Shown: positions 44,060 through 56,036, numbered from the stretch's first letter. The stretch is 64,000 nucleotides of DNA from an uncultured Planctomycetaceae bacterium (GCA_963833985.1 CAWIAD010000002.1:1664001-1728000), one strand, 5' to 3'. A program made the numbers and translations. The notes: generated from the letters alone by a model not told the origin.

Positions 44060-45241
44060 CTATTCTGCTCTGGCGTGGGCGACTGGAACCCTCACACCGG
44101 GCTGTGCTCCAGCGAGTCTCAGATAATCCGCGATGGCTTTCTTCCCGTACCTGGTGGCCACGTCGAGAGCTGTCTCTCCGTTGTGGTTGACCGCGGTCAG
44201 GCTCGCGCCGCGTTCCAGCAGCAACTTCACCACGACGAGCGTCGAATTCCGCTCGCAGGCTTTATGTAAGGGCGTGTCGTTCCCCTGATCTCTCACGTCG
44301 ATCTCAGCGCCGTGATCGACCAGCCACCTTGTTCCTACGATATCGCCCTGGTGTGCGAACGCGTGCAACAAAGTGCGAGCTCTCCGCTCGTTCACATCGA
44401 CACCTGATTCCAGGCAGAGCGCCGCAACATCGTAGTTTCCTTGACCATGTCGCTGGAAATGCCCCAGGGCCGCCAGCAGGGTTTCGCTCGTTGGCTGCCA
44501 TCCGTGTCTGATGAGTAATTGAGCGATCCTGATATTTCCGCCGCGAGAGGCACACAGGTGAAGAGGACTACCGCCACGATCGAGTTCCGCTCCGGGAGCC
44601 GAGCTTCGATCCAGTAACAGTTCAACGCAAAGAAGCAGTTCGTCTGCACGCGTTGGATTGAGTTTTCCCAGCTCAGACCTGCAAGCAAAATGGAGCGCCG
44701 TCATCCCCCTTTCAAAAGCACAATCGGCGGTCTTGCTGACCAGAGCGGGATCTGCGGACAGCAAGTCACGCAACCGATCCACCAGGCCCAAGGCAGCGGC
44801 CGTGAAGACGTTTTGCTCGGCTCCCGACTCAATGAGGGCGTTCATGATGTCGACATGGGGTCCGACGGTCGCCGCACAGACCAGATGAAAGTCCGGTTTC
44901 GCGCCCTGCTGGATCAGATACCTGACCAGTTCCACGTGGCCTGGTTTCTTGGGAGCTGACTTGAAGTCCATGACGGCCAGGGCGAGCAGGTAGTCCCTGT
45001 TGCCGGCATCAATCAGACCCCCGTGCTTCTTGACCGCCGCAAGATCACCTTTTTTGACGAGATCCTGAATACGAGGCGGAGCTGCATCACCAGACTTGCT
45101 GCTCCTGATCGCATAACGCGTGCGCCTCCGCTGGTTGACGCACGAGCGACACAACTTCTGGAGTCCATCCGGCTCCTGATTGCTGTGGTAGAACGAGGAG
45201 GAATCCAGCAACTGGTGGCATACTCGACATTCCTTCTTCAT
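44060..45241 (-). CDS. Ankyrin-repeat protein with an N-terminal Cys4 zinc finger
   Basis: GMTALHFA, SPLHLCA, DTPLHKA and GETALDVA ankyrin motifs; KECRVC...LCRSC at the N-terminus. Confidence 0.85.
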   Translation of the reverse strand: MKKECRVCHQLLDSSSFYHSNQEPDGLQKLCRSCVNQRRRTRYAIRSSKSGDAAPPRIQDLVKKGDLAAVKKHGGLIDAGNRDYLLALAVMDFKSAPKKPGHVELVRYLIQQGAKPDFHLVCAATVGPHVDIMNALIESGAEQNVFTAAALGLVDRLRDLLSADPALVSKTADCAFERGMTALHFACRSELGKLNPTRADELLLCVELLLDRSSAPGAELDRGGSPLHLCASRGGNIRIAQLLIRHGWQPTSETLLAALGHFQRHGQGNYDVAALCLESGVDVNERRARTLLHAFAHQGDIVGTRWLVDHGAEIDVRDQGNDTPLHKACERNSTLVVVKLLLERGASLTAVNHNGETALDVATRYGKKAIADYLRLAGAQPGVRVPVAHARAE

Positions 45242-45500
45242 TTCATGCTGGCCTTGAGGCTGGGTGCAGCCGACATAAGCCTGGTACCCAGGTTATGTCC
45301 TACACCATCGTGCCGGCCGATGCCAGGAGGGCGTCGGAGCGTCGTTGCTTTGAAGTGGCTGACCGGCCGTTGACTTCGCGGGTCCCTTGAGCGGCGGGCC
45401 GGTGAGAGCGATGATCGAGGAGACGCGCCGCGGTCCGCGCACCGCCGGTCGTGCCCTCCACGCAATCCCTCCCCTCGACGAACGATGAGGAGCCATCGCC

Positions 45501-47708
45501 ATGACGAGCTTCGTTCTTGCTTCCTTGCTGGTCTCGGCTGCGATTGTACCGTCCGAACCCGGGCCGGTCCGGCTGGCCGCTCCTTCCTTCGTGGCCGAGA
45601 TCGATCCGCACACGGGCACCTGGTCGCTGGTGGATGCGAAATCGGGCGTGCGCTGGCCAACGGAGGGATCGGCAAGTGCCGGTCGGGCGAAGGGGCTCGA
45701 GGGCGGGTTCGGCTCGGTCACCTCAACGGCCCGGAGCAGTCAGCTCACGAACCAGAACGGCAGCACCGTGACCTTCGCCCTTGTGGATGACAACCGCTCG
45801 CTGGAGATCCGCTACGGGGGCAAGGACCCGGACGAGATCCGGCTGCTTGGCGATGCGTCGCTGATGACCGATCGTGAGCAGGGCGGCATCGTTGTTCCCT
45901 GTCGCGAAGGCCTGCTCATTCCGGCCGGCAGCGGGGTTGCCTTTGAACACGGGTTCGGCAGCTCCGAGTACGAGGGCTGCCACATGAACATGCTCGGGAT
46001 GATCAAGCGTGGCAGCGCTCTGATGATCACCTGGGATGGGGCCGATGTCTGGCCCGAGGTCCGCAGTAAGCTGACGGCGGGCAAACCACAGCGCCAGGAG
46101 CTGAGCGCCGAGGTCCGGCTGCGGCAGTCGGCCCGCTCGGTGCGGTTGACTCCGCTGGGCCCGGGCGACTGGAACACACTGGCCGCGGGCTATCGGCGGA
46201 TTGCCGAGCAGAAGGGGCTGGCGGTCACGCTGCACCAGAAGATCGCGCGAAACGCTCACGTCGAGCAGCTCCTGGGCGCGGCGAACGTCAAGCTCTGGAC
46301 GTGCCTGGAACGCCGGATGAGCGAGGACAGCACGCGCGTGGAACGGACGCGGGTGCACTGGACGTTCGACGAGGCCGCGCAGGTGGCCGAGCATCTGAAG
46401 CGCGACCTCAAGATCGATCGCAGCCTGTTCATCATTGGTGGCTGGACCGAGGGCGGCTACGACTGCCGGCACCCCGACAATCTGCCGGCGAACCCGGAGT
46501 GCGGGGGCGACCAGGCGCTCGCGGCCGCGCTCCGCCGCATTCAGGATCTCGGCGACATCGGCTGCCTGCACGATAATTACCAGGACATGTACAAGGACGC
46601 CCGGAGCTGGGACCCGCGGTTCATCCAGAAGCGGGCCGACGGGTCGCTCATGGCCGGCGGACGATGGCTGGGCGGCCGCGCTTACCTCGTCTGCGCACCG
46701 GAGCAAGTGAAGCTGGCGATGCGCCCGCAGAACCTGCCGGCCATCGCGGAGCGATTCGCGCCGGCTGCCTATTTCATCGACACCACGTATGCGGTCGGTC
46801 CGCAGGAGTGCTTCGATGCCGCGCATCCGCTCGGCCGCAACGATGACATCGCCTGGAAGATCAAGCTCAGCGAGGCGGCCCGCAAGACCTTTGGCATCTT
46901 CGGCAGCGAGTGCGGCCGCGAGTGGGCCGTCCCGTGCAGTGACTTCTTCGAGGGGCTGGTTGGTGTGGGCGGTCATGACTACCACCAGCTACGGCCCGAG
47001 CAGCTTGGTGCGACGGTCATCCCGTTCTGGGAGATGGTCTACCACGATTGCGAGGTCTGCTATGGCAAGTACGGCTACGACATCCACCGCGCAGGGGAGT
47101 ATGTCGCCCACCACCTGCTGGCGGCTCGTGCGCTCAACTACCACTCGATTCCCGATCATCTCTACTGGAAGGCGCCTCATGGCGACGAGCAGCCCTCCGG
47201 CGTGCTGGCCTGCTATACGCGCTGCGATCAAGGATGGGCCGCAGGATTCCACCCCGTCGATGTGTTCCTCAAGAACACGCAGGAAGTGCTGGGCCCGCTC
47301 CAGCAGGCCACTGCGCACGAGCGGCTGACGCGCTTCGAGTTCCTCGATGCCCACCATGCCGTGCGCAGGGCGACCTATGGGGAAAGCCAGGAGGCCACCG
47401 TCGTCGTGGTCAACTGCGGAGCCACCGAGGCGCGCGTCGAGTCGCGTCTGGGCGGGTCGGTGTTGCTGCCGCCCTGGGGGTTCATCGTGGAAGGCCCCAG
47501 GTTCGCGGCCTTCTACGCCCGGCACTGGGGCGGGCGCGATTATCGCGAGGGCGCGCTCTTCACCCTGAAGCCCGCGGGCGGCCAGGTGCTGAACCAGGCC
47601 GCCCACGTGCGGGTCTTCCACGCGTTCGGCGATCCTCGAATCGACTGGCGCGGCGCGAGTTATTCGGTGCGCCGCGAGGAGGAGGTCGCGGCGCGAGGGT
47701 CCCGCTGA
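45501..47708 (+). CDS. Secreted glycoside hydrolase (DUF5696/GH101-GH129-like)
   Basis: RBS GAGGAG; GW..GGYD..HPD, LHDNY.D.Y, YFID, GSE and IPFWEMVYHD motifs. Confidence 0.75.
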   Translation: MTSFVLASLLVSAAIVPSEPGPVRLAAPSFVAEIDPHTGTWSLVDAKSGVRWPTEGSASAGRAKGLEGGFGSVTSTARSSQLTNQNGSTVTFALVDDNRSLEIRYGGKDPDEIRLLGDASLMTDREQGGIVVPCREGLLIPAGSGVAFEHGFGSSEYEGCHMNMLGMIKRGSALMITWDGADVWPEVRSKLTAGKPQRQELSAEVRLRQSARSVRLTPLGPGDWNTLAAGYRRIAEQKGLAVTLHQKIARNAHVEQLLGAANVKLWTCLERRMSEDSTRVERTRVHWTFDEAAQVAEHLKRDLKIDRSLFIIGGWTEGGYDCRHPDNLPANPECGGDQALAAALRRIQDLGDIGCLHDNYQDMYKDARSWDPRFIQKRADGSLMAGGRWLGGRAYLVCAPEQVKLAMRPQNLPAIAERFAPAAYFIDTTYAVGPQECFDAAHPLGRNDDIAWKIKLSEAARKTFGIFGSECGREWAVPCSDFFEGLVGVGGHDYHQLRPEQLGATVIPFWEMVYHDCEVCYGKYGYDIHRAGEYVAHHLLAARALNYHSIPDHLYWKAPHGDEQPSGVLACYTRCDQGWAAGFHPVDVFLKNTQEVLGPLQQATAHERLTRFEFLDAHHAVRRATYGESQEATVVVVNCGATEARVESRLGGSVLLPPWGFIVEGPRFAAFYARHWGGRDYREGALFTLKPAGGQVLNQAAHVRVFHAFGDPRIDWRGASYSVRREEEVAARGSR

Positions 47709-47759
47709 TCCGCTGCTGCGCGGCAGCTCAGGGGAACGGCGCATCATGAGGCGGGGGCA

Positions 47760-50142
47760 TTATTCATCCTCCGCCTCCACCACCTTCCACTCGTGCACGC
47801 CGGCGGCCCACTCCTTCTGGAGCTTCACGGCCAGGCGGAGGGCGGTGGTTGTGACCGGGGTGAAATGAACCTCGCACCAGCCGTCGAGCTTGATGGGGTA
47901 ATCGGAGCTGCCGGCGACTGGTTTCCAGTCATCGCCGTCGCGATACTCGATGTGCCACGACGCCGGCAGGCGGCAGGCGCCCCGGCCGGTGTCGTCGAAC
48001 CAGTAGAGCTTCGAGCCGCTCACGGCCACGGGCTTCTTCCAGGTGTATTGCACCCATTCCTCACGGTCCCGGTGCGGCCACCAGTGGCAGAGCGCCGAGG
48101 GCTGCTCGCCACTGCTCTTTGGCTCGAGACCGTCATTGATGCCCCAGGGCTGGCTGTTCCCGCTCACAAACGACAGGCTCACCCTGGCCTGCGTTTCCAG
48201 ACCGCCGGCCGCGGGGGGCCGGGGTGCCTCGGGCAGCCACACCTTCATGGGACCCGGTTTGCGGTTGTCCCAGGCGTAATAGGGGATGGCGGTGATTGGC
48301 ACCCGGCGCGGGGTCGCGACGGCCTGATAGAGCGCACTGTTCCACTCGGGTTCGGCTGCCGTCTCGGCGAACCCCTCGACCGCGACCACGCCGCCGAGCA
48401 GGTCCGTTCTCCTGTCAGCCTTCAGCTCGGCCCCGCGCGGCAGCACCAGGTTGGCCAGCGGCTCGGGCTGATCGCCGGCTTCCAGGCAATAGACCAGCGG
48501 CCCGCGCTGGATGGCGAGCTGGCCGGTGTCGGACTGGACGTGCGGATTGGCGGCAACCCGCTGCACGGGCATGGGAAGGTTCAGCTCGACGGCGTCGCCT
48601 TCCTTCCAGTCGCGCTCGATCACGATGTAACCACCCTCGACCACGGGTGCCGTGACGGCCTGACCATTGACCGCCAGGCTTGCACCCTGGCACCAGCCGG
48701 GCACGCGCAGGCGAAGACTGTAGTTGCCGGCCTGATTGCCGTGCGGCCGGAGGGTCACCTTGCCATCCCAGGGATACTCGGTCTGGACATCGAGGGTCGT
48801 TTTTCGGCCCTTGACCGTTGCGGTCGCCGATCCCTGGATGTACAGGTTCACCCACAGGCCGTCGTCACTGGTGGCGTAGGCGTAGCCGCCCAGCGCGGCC
48901 AGAGTGCGGGCCACGTTGGGCGGGCAGCAGGCGCAGCCAAACCAGGGCGAGCGGTGGTGATGGCCCTCGCTTTCCAGCGGGTTCACGTAGAAGAAGCGCT
49001 TGCCGTCAAGCGAGACGCCCGCCAGAACGCCGTTGTAGAGGGAGCGTTCGACGACGTCGGCGAAGCGGGCGTCGCCGTAGAGCAGGGCCAGGCGGTGGTT
49101 CCACTGCGCCAGGGCGACCGATGCGCAGGTCTCCTGGTAGGCCGAGCGGTTGGGCAAGTCGTAATCACGGGTGAAGCCCTCGTTGGAGGCGCTCGGGCCG
49201 ATACCTCCGGTGATGTACATGTTCCGCTGCGTGGTGTTTCGCCACACGCGGTTGATCATCTTCAGCAGGGACGTGTCGTTCGTCTCTCCGGCAATGTCGG
49301 TGGCGCCGCTGAGCAAGTAAGCCGCTCGCACGGCGTGCCCCTTGATGTTGCGGTGGTCGCAGATGGGCACGTCGTCCTGCCAGTAGGTTCCGTCGTAGGC
49401 GTCCTGGGGCGTGTGGTGCTCGGTGGCGAAGAACTTGCTGCCGCGGTTCTGGATGAAGAACCGGGCGAGATCGAAATAGCGCTTCTGCCCGGTGGCACGC
49501 CACAGCTTCACGAGCGCCAACTCGATCTCGGGATGCCCGGGATAGCCCATGCGCTTTCCCGGTCCAAAGACCGAGTCAATGTGATCGGCGAGCCGCGTTG
49601 CCACGTTCAGGAAGCTGGTCTTGCCCGTGGCGCGATGGTGCGCCACGGCGGCCTCGATCATGTGGCCGGCACAGTAAAGCTCGTGGTTGTCACGCAGGTT
49701 GGTCCAGCGCCTGTCCGGCTCGTTGACAATGTAGTAGCTATCCAGGTATCCATCGGGAAGCTGCGCGGCGGAGAGCTTTTCGATGATGGCGTCAAGGCGC
49801 TTTCTCGAGCACGGGATCGGGATGCGACGCCAGCGCGTACGAGGCGGCCTCGATCGCCTTGTAGATGTCTGAATCCATGAAGACCGGCCCGGTGAATCCG
49901 CTTCTTGCCCGGGCCGCGGCGACTTCGAGGTTGCGAATGTTGCCCGATTTCTCGAGCATCTCGAAGTTGAGCGGCAGCGAGGCTGTCCGGTTGGTTTCCT
50001 GCCGCGGGCTCCAGAACGCATCGCGGATCTGCACGTCGGTGAAGGGGATCTGCCGCAGCCTGGCCAGCGGTGCGTCCGCGGCCAGCGCCAGTGCGGGACA
50101 TCCCAGGAACGCGAGCCCGCCGAGAATCAGGAATCGTCTCAC
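47760..50142 (-). CDS. GH127 beta-L-arabinofuranosidase-like protein with a C-terminal galactose-binding-like domain; frameshift near 49800
   Basis: FMDSDIYKAIEA, HELYCAGH, GHAVR, ETCA and CACCPPN motifs; GTG start with RBS GAGGAG. Confidence 0.92.
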
Positions 50143-50279
50143 GAGAAGCTCCTCACAACGAATCGCCCGCTTGCGGTTCCCGTGCATGATCGCACGAGGG
50201 AGGGTCGGACCTTGGCCTTGAGCGTAGGGCAGCCGGGGTCTCGGAATCAAGATCGAGCTGCCCGCGGGGATGAGGCGCA

Positions 50280-51413
50280 TCACCGAATCGCGCGCACGGC
50301 GTTCAATGGAATATGTCGAACTCGTGATTCCGATCCGGCCGGGAGACGGTCCCGCGTTTGCCGGGGACGCTCCGGGCCAGTCCCGAGGTCCAGGGTCAGC
50401 CCTCTCGAGAGATCAAGATCCACCAGCCGGCCATGCAGCGTTTCGCCGCGCGTCTCGACGCGCACCATGGCTCCCAGGTGCTCGCTGCGGGCGCGCCAGG
50501 CGTCGCTGAGGACGCCCGGTCCGCTCTCCACAATCCGTTCGTAGCAAGCGTCGAACCGTTGCACCAGGGCACGTGCCAGCGCCGAGCGGTCGACCGGCTG
50601 GCCGCCGTTGAGGACCGCCACGGACGTGGCACTTGACTGAAGTTCGGGCGGGAAGGCATCCAGGGCGATGTTCACGTTCAGGCCGACGCCGATGACCACG
50701 GCCTGAGTTCCTGCGTCGTGCTGGCGGCCGGAGCCGGTGCCGCGCAGCGGGCGGAGCACTCGCTCCACGAGGATGCCGGCAATCTTGCGGCCCTCGACGC
50801 GGACGTCGTTGGGCCACTTGATGCGGGCCTCGCGGCTCGTCCACTCCGTGACGATCTCGGCGGTTACGAGGGCCGCCATGGCCGTCAGCCAGGCACTCCC
50901 CGCGTGCGGATCGAGCTGCGCCGAGGTCAGGGCGGCTGGCGGGAAGACCAGGATCGACATGAGGATCGACGAGCCCGACGGCGCCGTCCAGCTTCGACCG
51001 CGCTGGCCCCGGCCCGCGGACTGCTCCTCGGCAAGAACCACCAGCCCGTCGTTGGCCAGGGCCGAGCCCGCGCGTGCCGCCAGGTCGTTGGTGCTCTGCA
51101 CGCGGCTCCAGACCGCGATTCTGCGGCCGATCCGGCGCGTGGCCAGTGCATGCTCGATCTGGTCGGGGCAGAGCCTGGGTGCCGGGCCCCGATACGCCGC
51201 GCCCAGGTAGGGATGCCGCTCGATCTGGAAGCCGAACCGTACGAGAGCGTCCAGGTCGTCCCAGACGCGGCCGCGGTCCACTCCCAGGCACGACATGGGG
51301 AGGAAGCTGCCGCCGGCCTGCTTGAGCCTTTGAAGCAGGCCAATGTTCAGGCCGGCCGCCCCGGTGCCCGTGGCCAGCGGAGCCCTGCCCGCGTTCCCGC
51401 CTTCCATCGGCAT
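50280..51413 (-). CDS. birA: Biotin--acetyl-CoA-carboxylase ligase
   Basis: STND, QSAGRGQRGRSW, KWPND, KIAGIL and GVGLNV motifs. Confidence 0.93.
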   Translation of the reverse strand: MPMEGGNAGRAPLATGTGAAGLNIGLLQRLKQAGGSFLPMSCLGVDRGRVWDDLDALVRFGFQIERHPYLGAAYRGPAPRLCPDQIEHALATRRIGRRIAVWSRVQSTNDLAARAGSALANDGLVVLAEEQSAGRGQRGRSWTAPSGSSILMSILVFPPAALTSAQLDPHAGSAWLTAMAALVTAEIVTEWTSREARIKWPNDVRVEGRKIAGILVERVLRPLRGTGSGRQHDAGTQAVVIGVGLNVNIALDAFPPELQSSATSVAVLNGGQPVDRSALARALVQRFDACYERIVESGPGVLSDAWRARSEHLGAMVRVETRGETLHGRLVDLDLSRGLTLDLGTGPERPRQTRDRLPAGSESRVRHIPLNAVRAIR

Positions 51414-51425
51414 GATGTTCCCTCG

Positions 51426-52343
51426 TCACGCGCTGCCCGGGGAAACTGGCGTGCTCAGGTCCAGCGCGATGTCGAGCGCCGGAGCCGAATGGGTGATCGC
51501 TCCGACGCTGATCCGGTCCACGCCCGTTCGCGCCAGTTCCTGCACCGTCGCCAGTGAGATGCCGCCGGAAGCTTCGAGCTTGATGCCCGGGGCGATGGCG
51601 TCCCTGCGCCGGACCGCCTCGGCCACGGCCTCCGCTGCGAAGTTGTCAACGAGGACCAGATCCGGATCGCACCGCAGCGCCTGCTCGAGCTGCGCGAGCG
51701 AATCGACCTCGACCTCGATGAACGCCGCATGCGCGGCGTGGGCACGCGCCGCGGCCACGGCGGCCGTGATCGGATCGGCAAGGCCCTGCGCTGCCAGGCA
51801 GGCCAGGTGGTTGTCCTTGATCAGGATGGCATCGTGCAGCCCCATGCGATGGTTTTTGCCTCCTCCGCAGCGGACCGCGTACTTCTCCAGCAGGCGCCAG
51901 CCTGGCAACGTCTTCCGCGTATCAAGGATCTCCGCCCCGGTCCCACTCACGGCCGCCACGAACCGGGCGGTGAGCGTGGCGATGCCGCTGAGCCGCTCCA
52001 GGAAGTTGAGGGCCGTGCGTTCCATGGCCAGAATCGACCGGACCGGTCCGGCGAGCTCGGCGATCACGCTACCGCGCTCCACGGACGCACCGTCGGCAAT
52101 GATGGGCCGCCAGTCTGCCTCGAGCTGGAAATGCCGGACCAGGCGGCCGACCAGAGGCATGCCGGCGAGCACGCCGGCCTCCCGGGCCACGATCTTCCCG
52201 TTGGCGCGGGCCTGGCTGGGAAGAGTGGCCGTGCTGGTGATGTCGCCGACCTGGGCCAGGTCTTCCTCCAGCGCCAGCGCGATCAGCGTATCGGCTGCGT
52301 GTGCCTCGGCTTCCCCGAATGAGTAATCAGGTCCCTCGCTCAC
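51426..52343 (-). CDS. nadC: Nicotinate-nucleotide pyrophosphorylase (carboxylating)
   Basis: ERTALNFL, DTRKTLPG, HRMGL, IKDNH and EASGGI motifs. Confidence 0.96.
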   Translation of the reverse strand: MSEGPDYSFGEAEAHAADTLIALALEEDLAQVGDITSTATLPSQARANGKIVAREAGVLAGMPLVGRLVRHFQLEADWRPIIADGASVERGSVIAELAGPVRSILAMERTALNFLERLSGIATLTARFVAAVSGTGAEILDTRKTLPGWRLLEKYAVRCGGGKNHRMGLHDAILIKDNHLACLAAQGLADPITAAVAAARAHAAHAAFIEVEVDSLAQLEQALRCDPDLVLVDNFAAEAVAEAVRRRDAIAPGIKLEASGGISLATVQELARTGVDRISVGAITHSAPALDIALDLSTPVSPGSA

Positions 52344-53601
52344 GAATCGTCTCGGCTCCTCTTCTCCGGTTCCGGCGTGGGATTGACCATCTTTCGATAA
52401 CCCTGGTAGAGCTTGGGAGCGGTCGAATCCGGCGGCGAGTCCATGATGGGGACGATGAGCTCCACCCGCTCCGGCACCTTCTGGCCCCGTCCCAAGGCGC
52501 AGGCGGCGGTGACGGCCTTGCTGATGAGCCGCTCCGGGGAGAACATCGCCACGGCCGCGTACTCGCCGGCCCGCACCATGCTGGAGACGTTCTCGTCCGA
52601 GCTGTAACCGGCAATGGTGAATACGCGATCCGGACCCAGTTCGCTGGCGACATGGAGCGCAGCGGAGATGCCAAGTAGATCGGTGGCCACGACCACGGCG
52701 AACTTCTTTTTCTCACGCAGCAAGGTGCCGAGCCTGGTCTGGGCGGCTTCGAGGTTCGCCGCGAAGCGGATCTCCTCCGTCGCGGTGATCCCCGCGCCGC
52801 GAATCGCCTCGAGCAGTGCCCGGTGGCGATCTTCGGTCAGCAGGTCACCGGCGGCGTTCACCATCACGACGGCGCCCCCTCCGGAGCCAGCTTGGAATTC
52901 TTCGCGTTCCGGACGGCCGATTCCACGAGGGATCGAGAAGTGCGGGTGAACGGTTCGGGCACCACCCGGATGAGGGCGCCCCGGGTGGGCACGGGAGCCG
53001 TCTTCCTGGCCGGATCGACTGACTCTGGCTCCGTCCTGGCCGGTAGGTGTGCGGCGTCGAGCTGGTGGCCCACGACAATCACCGGAATTCCTCTGTCACG
53101 CGCTTGCGTCACTGCCCCGGCCAGTGCAGCGTCCGCCGGATCGATGGGCTCGACGATCAGGGCGAGCGGGTTCTGCTCGGCGGCTCGGCGCACCAGGTCC
53201 GCCTGGGAACCAGGGGTCTCTGGCTCGCCCGGGACGGCGATCCGGATCCGCACCCCGTCCCTGCCTGCCTGGGCACGCGCCGTGAGCTTGATCAGGTCCG
53301 ATTCCGTGGCGTTGCGGCTGGCCGCGATGAGCTCGATCGCCCTGGCGCCGGAGTGCAACGGCACGCTCCCCGGCAGGGACGAGGCGACCGGCGCGGGTGC
53401 CGCGGGAGCCGGGCCCTCAGCGGAGGCACTCGCCGATCCCGCCAGCTCGGGCGGCCGCGGAGGCACGAACGAATCGGGCTGGCAGCCGCCGCTGATCACC
53501 CCGATGACCATCAGCAGCCCGCATCCGCGATGAGCCGATCGAATGCCACGGCTCGACCTGGAAACCTGCATCCGTTGCGGCAGGAAAGTCCGCTCCTCCA
53601 C
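52340..53601 (-). CDS. Periplasmic-binding-protein-like lipoprotein (sugar-binding type I); frameshift near 52870
   Basis: Lipobox-like ISGGC; ALIVEP.D and A...GIPVIVV motifs; continues in ORF 52340..52867. Confidence 0.65.
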
Positions 53602-53757
53602 GACAACCTCCGAACTCTCGACCTCGAGCTTACGGGACCAGAATGATGCACGACGATGATGGGTCCATGATAACAGATCGCCCGGCGCGAATCACCCGGT
53701 GGCCGCTTTTCACGCAGGCTGATCGATCGGCGGAACGGCTGCTGGATCGGTTGAGGA

Positions 53758-55826
53758 TCAGTCCTGCCTGCGCCGGCCGGCTCGGGACTTCGCCTTGGCT
53801 TTCGCCCGGGCGCGGCGCTCTGCGCCTGGGGGCTGGCGGCCGGCCGCGCTGTGCCGCCCGAGGATTCCGAGCGGAGGCTCATGATCCGGTCGCGCAGGGC
53901 GGCAGCCCGCTCGAATTCCAGCTTCTCGGCGGCCTCGAGCATCTCCGCCTCCAGGGCAGTGATGTACTCCTCGTTGGCCTCGGTGACCTCGTCGCGGCCG
54001 ACCGCCTGACGGACGACCTGCCGCGCCTGGGTCTCTTCCTCGATCCCCCTCCGGATCGCCTTGCGGATTGACTCCGGTGTGATGCCGTGCTCGGCATTGT
54101 AGGCGATCTGAAGTGCCCGGCGGCGGGAGGTCTCGTCCATGGCGCGCTGCATGGACGGGGTGACCTTGTCGGCATAGAGAACCACCTCGGCGTTGATGTG
54201 CCGGGCGGAACGGCCGATGGTCTGGATCAGCGAGGTCTCGCTACGCAGGAAGCCTTCCTTGTCGGCGTCGAGGATGCAGACCATCGAGACCTCGGGAAGG
54301 TCCAGCCCCTCGCGCAGCAGGTTCACGCCCACCAGGGCGTCGAACGCGCCCTCGCGCAGCTCGCGGAGGATCGTCACGCGCTCGATGGCGTCCAGCTCCG
54401 AGTGCAGCCACTTGCAGCGCAGGCCCTGTTCCTTCAGGTAGCGCGTGAGATCCTCGGCCAGCCGCTTGGTGAGCGTGGTGATGAGCACCCGCTCGCCTCG
54501 CTCCGCCCGCTTCCGGGCCTCTCCCAGAAGCGCCGGCACCTGGCCCCGCGCCGGCTCCACGCGCACCAGCGGATCCACCAGGCCGGTGGGGCGGATCACC
54601 TGCTCGACCACCTCGCCGCCGGACATGGCCACCTCGTAGTCGGCCGGTGTGGCCGATACGAACAGCTTGCGGTGGAACTTCTGCTCCCACTCGTCGATGC
54701 GCAGGGGCCGGTTGTCCAGCGCGCTGGGCAGGCGGAACCCGTGCTCCACCAGCGTGAGCTTGCGGCTGTGGTCGCCGGCGAACATGCCGCGGATCTGGGG
54801 CACCGTCACGTGCGACTCGTCCAGGATCAGCAGGCTGTCCGCCGGGAAGAAGTCGAGCAGCGTGTTGGGAGTCTCGCCGGGCTTGCGTCCGGAGAGATGG
54901 CGGGAATAGTTCTCGATGCCCGAGCAGTAGCCAACCTCCAGCAGCATCTCCATGTCGTAGCGCGTCCGCGCGGCCAGCCGCTGGGCCTCGAGCAGCTTGC
55001 CCTGCTCCTTCAGCTCCTGGAGCCTTCGCTCCAGCTCGCCACCAATCGCCTCGACGGCCCCCTGGATGCGCTCCTCCGGCAGCACGAAATGCTTGGCCGG
55101 GTAGATGTACATCTCGTCGTGGGTTTCCAGCACCTGGCCCGTGAGCGGGTCGATCGTCGCCAGCCGCTCGAGCTCGTCGCCGAACAGCTCGATGCGGTAG
55201 CCGATTTCCTCGTACGCCGGCCAGAGCTCAACCACGTCGCCCCGCACCCGGAACTTGCCGCGCTCGAAGGACACGTCGTTGCGGTCGTACTGGATGTCCA
55301 CGAATCTCAGGAGCATCTCGTCGCGGTCGACCGAGTTCCCCCTGCGCAGATGGACCATCATCTTGCGATAGTCCTCCGGTGAGCCCAGACCGTAAATGCA
55401 GGAGACGCTCGCCACCACGATCACGTCGGGCCGGCTCACCAGGGCACTGGTGCAGGCCAGCCGCAGCCGCTCGATCTCCTCATTGATCGAGGCATCCTTC
55501 TCGATGTAGATGTCGCGCTGGGGGATATAGGCTTCGGGCTGGTAGTAGTCGTAATAGCTCACGAAGTAGCGGACGGCGTTGTGCGGGAAGAACTCCCGGA
55601 ACTCGGCGTAGAGCTGGGCCGCGAGCGTCTTGTTGTGCGACATCACCAGCGCCGGCTTGCCATACTGGGCAATCACGTTCGCCATGGTGAAGGTCTTGCC
55701 GGAGCCTGTCACTCCCAGGAGCGTTTGATGAAGCTTGCCCTCGTTCAGCCCCTCGACAAGCTTCGCAATCGCCTGGGGCTGGTCGCCGGCGGGCGCAAAA
55801 GGGCTGGCAAGCTGAAACGGGGACAT
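53758..55826 (-). CDS. uvrB: Excinuclease ABC subunit B; the true stop is probably at 53758 after a tail frameshift
   Basis: [36 protein letters not shown] and the UVR domain LEFERAA.LRD. Confidence 0.97.
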
Positions 55827-55865
55827 AAGCTTTGGACCTTCGAGGATGGGACTTCGACCCGGATC

Positions 55866-55881
55866 GTGTTATTATTTACAC
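55866..55881. promoter_or_regulatory. AT-rich palindrome in the uvrB/DUF4058 divergent promoter
   Basis: GTGTTATTATTTACAC here, and a perfect GTGTTA-TTAT-TAACAC in the duplicate at 56855-56870. Confidence 0.4.
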
Positions 55882-56036
55882 TGGATGAGGGACTGCCAAC
55901 CGCAATCCGATTCGCCCGGCCGCGATTACGAGCAGCCGATTCGCGGGGAATCCGCCGGCGCGGGGGCAATCGGCCTGGAGAGTCCGGATGAGTGGATCGA
56001 GGTTCCCCGGGGAGAGTCTTGCCAGGAGGCGCCGCC

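Noticed and set aside
53511..53757. Extended UvrB C-terminus overlapping the next gene
   Set aside because: Probably a frameshift artefact; an alternative frame ends ...[12 protein letters not shown] at 53758.
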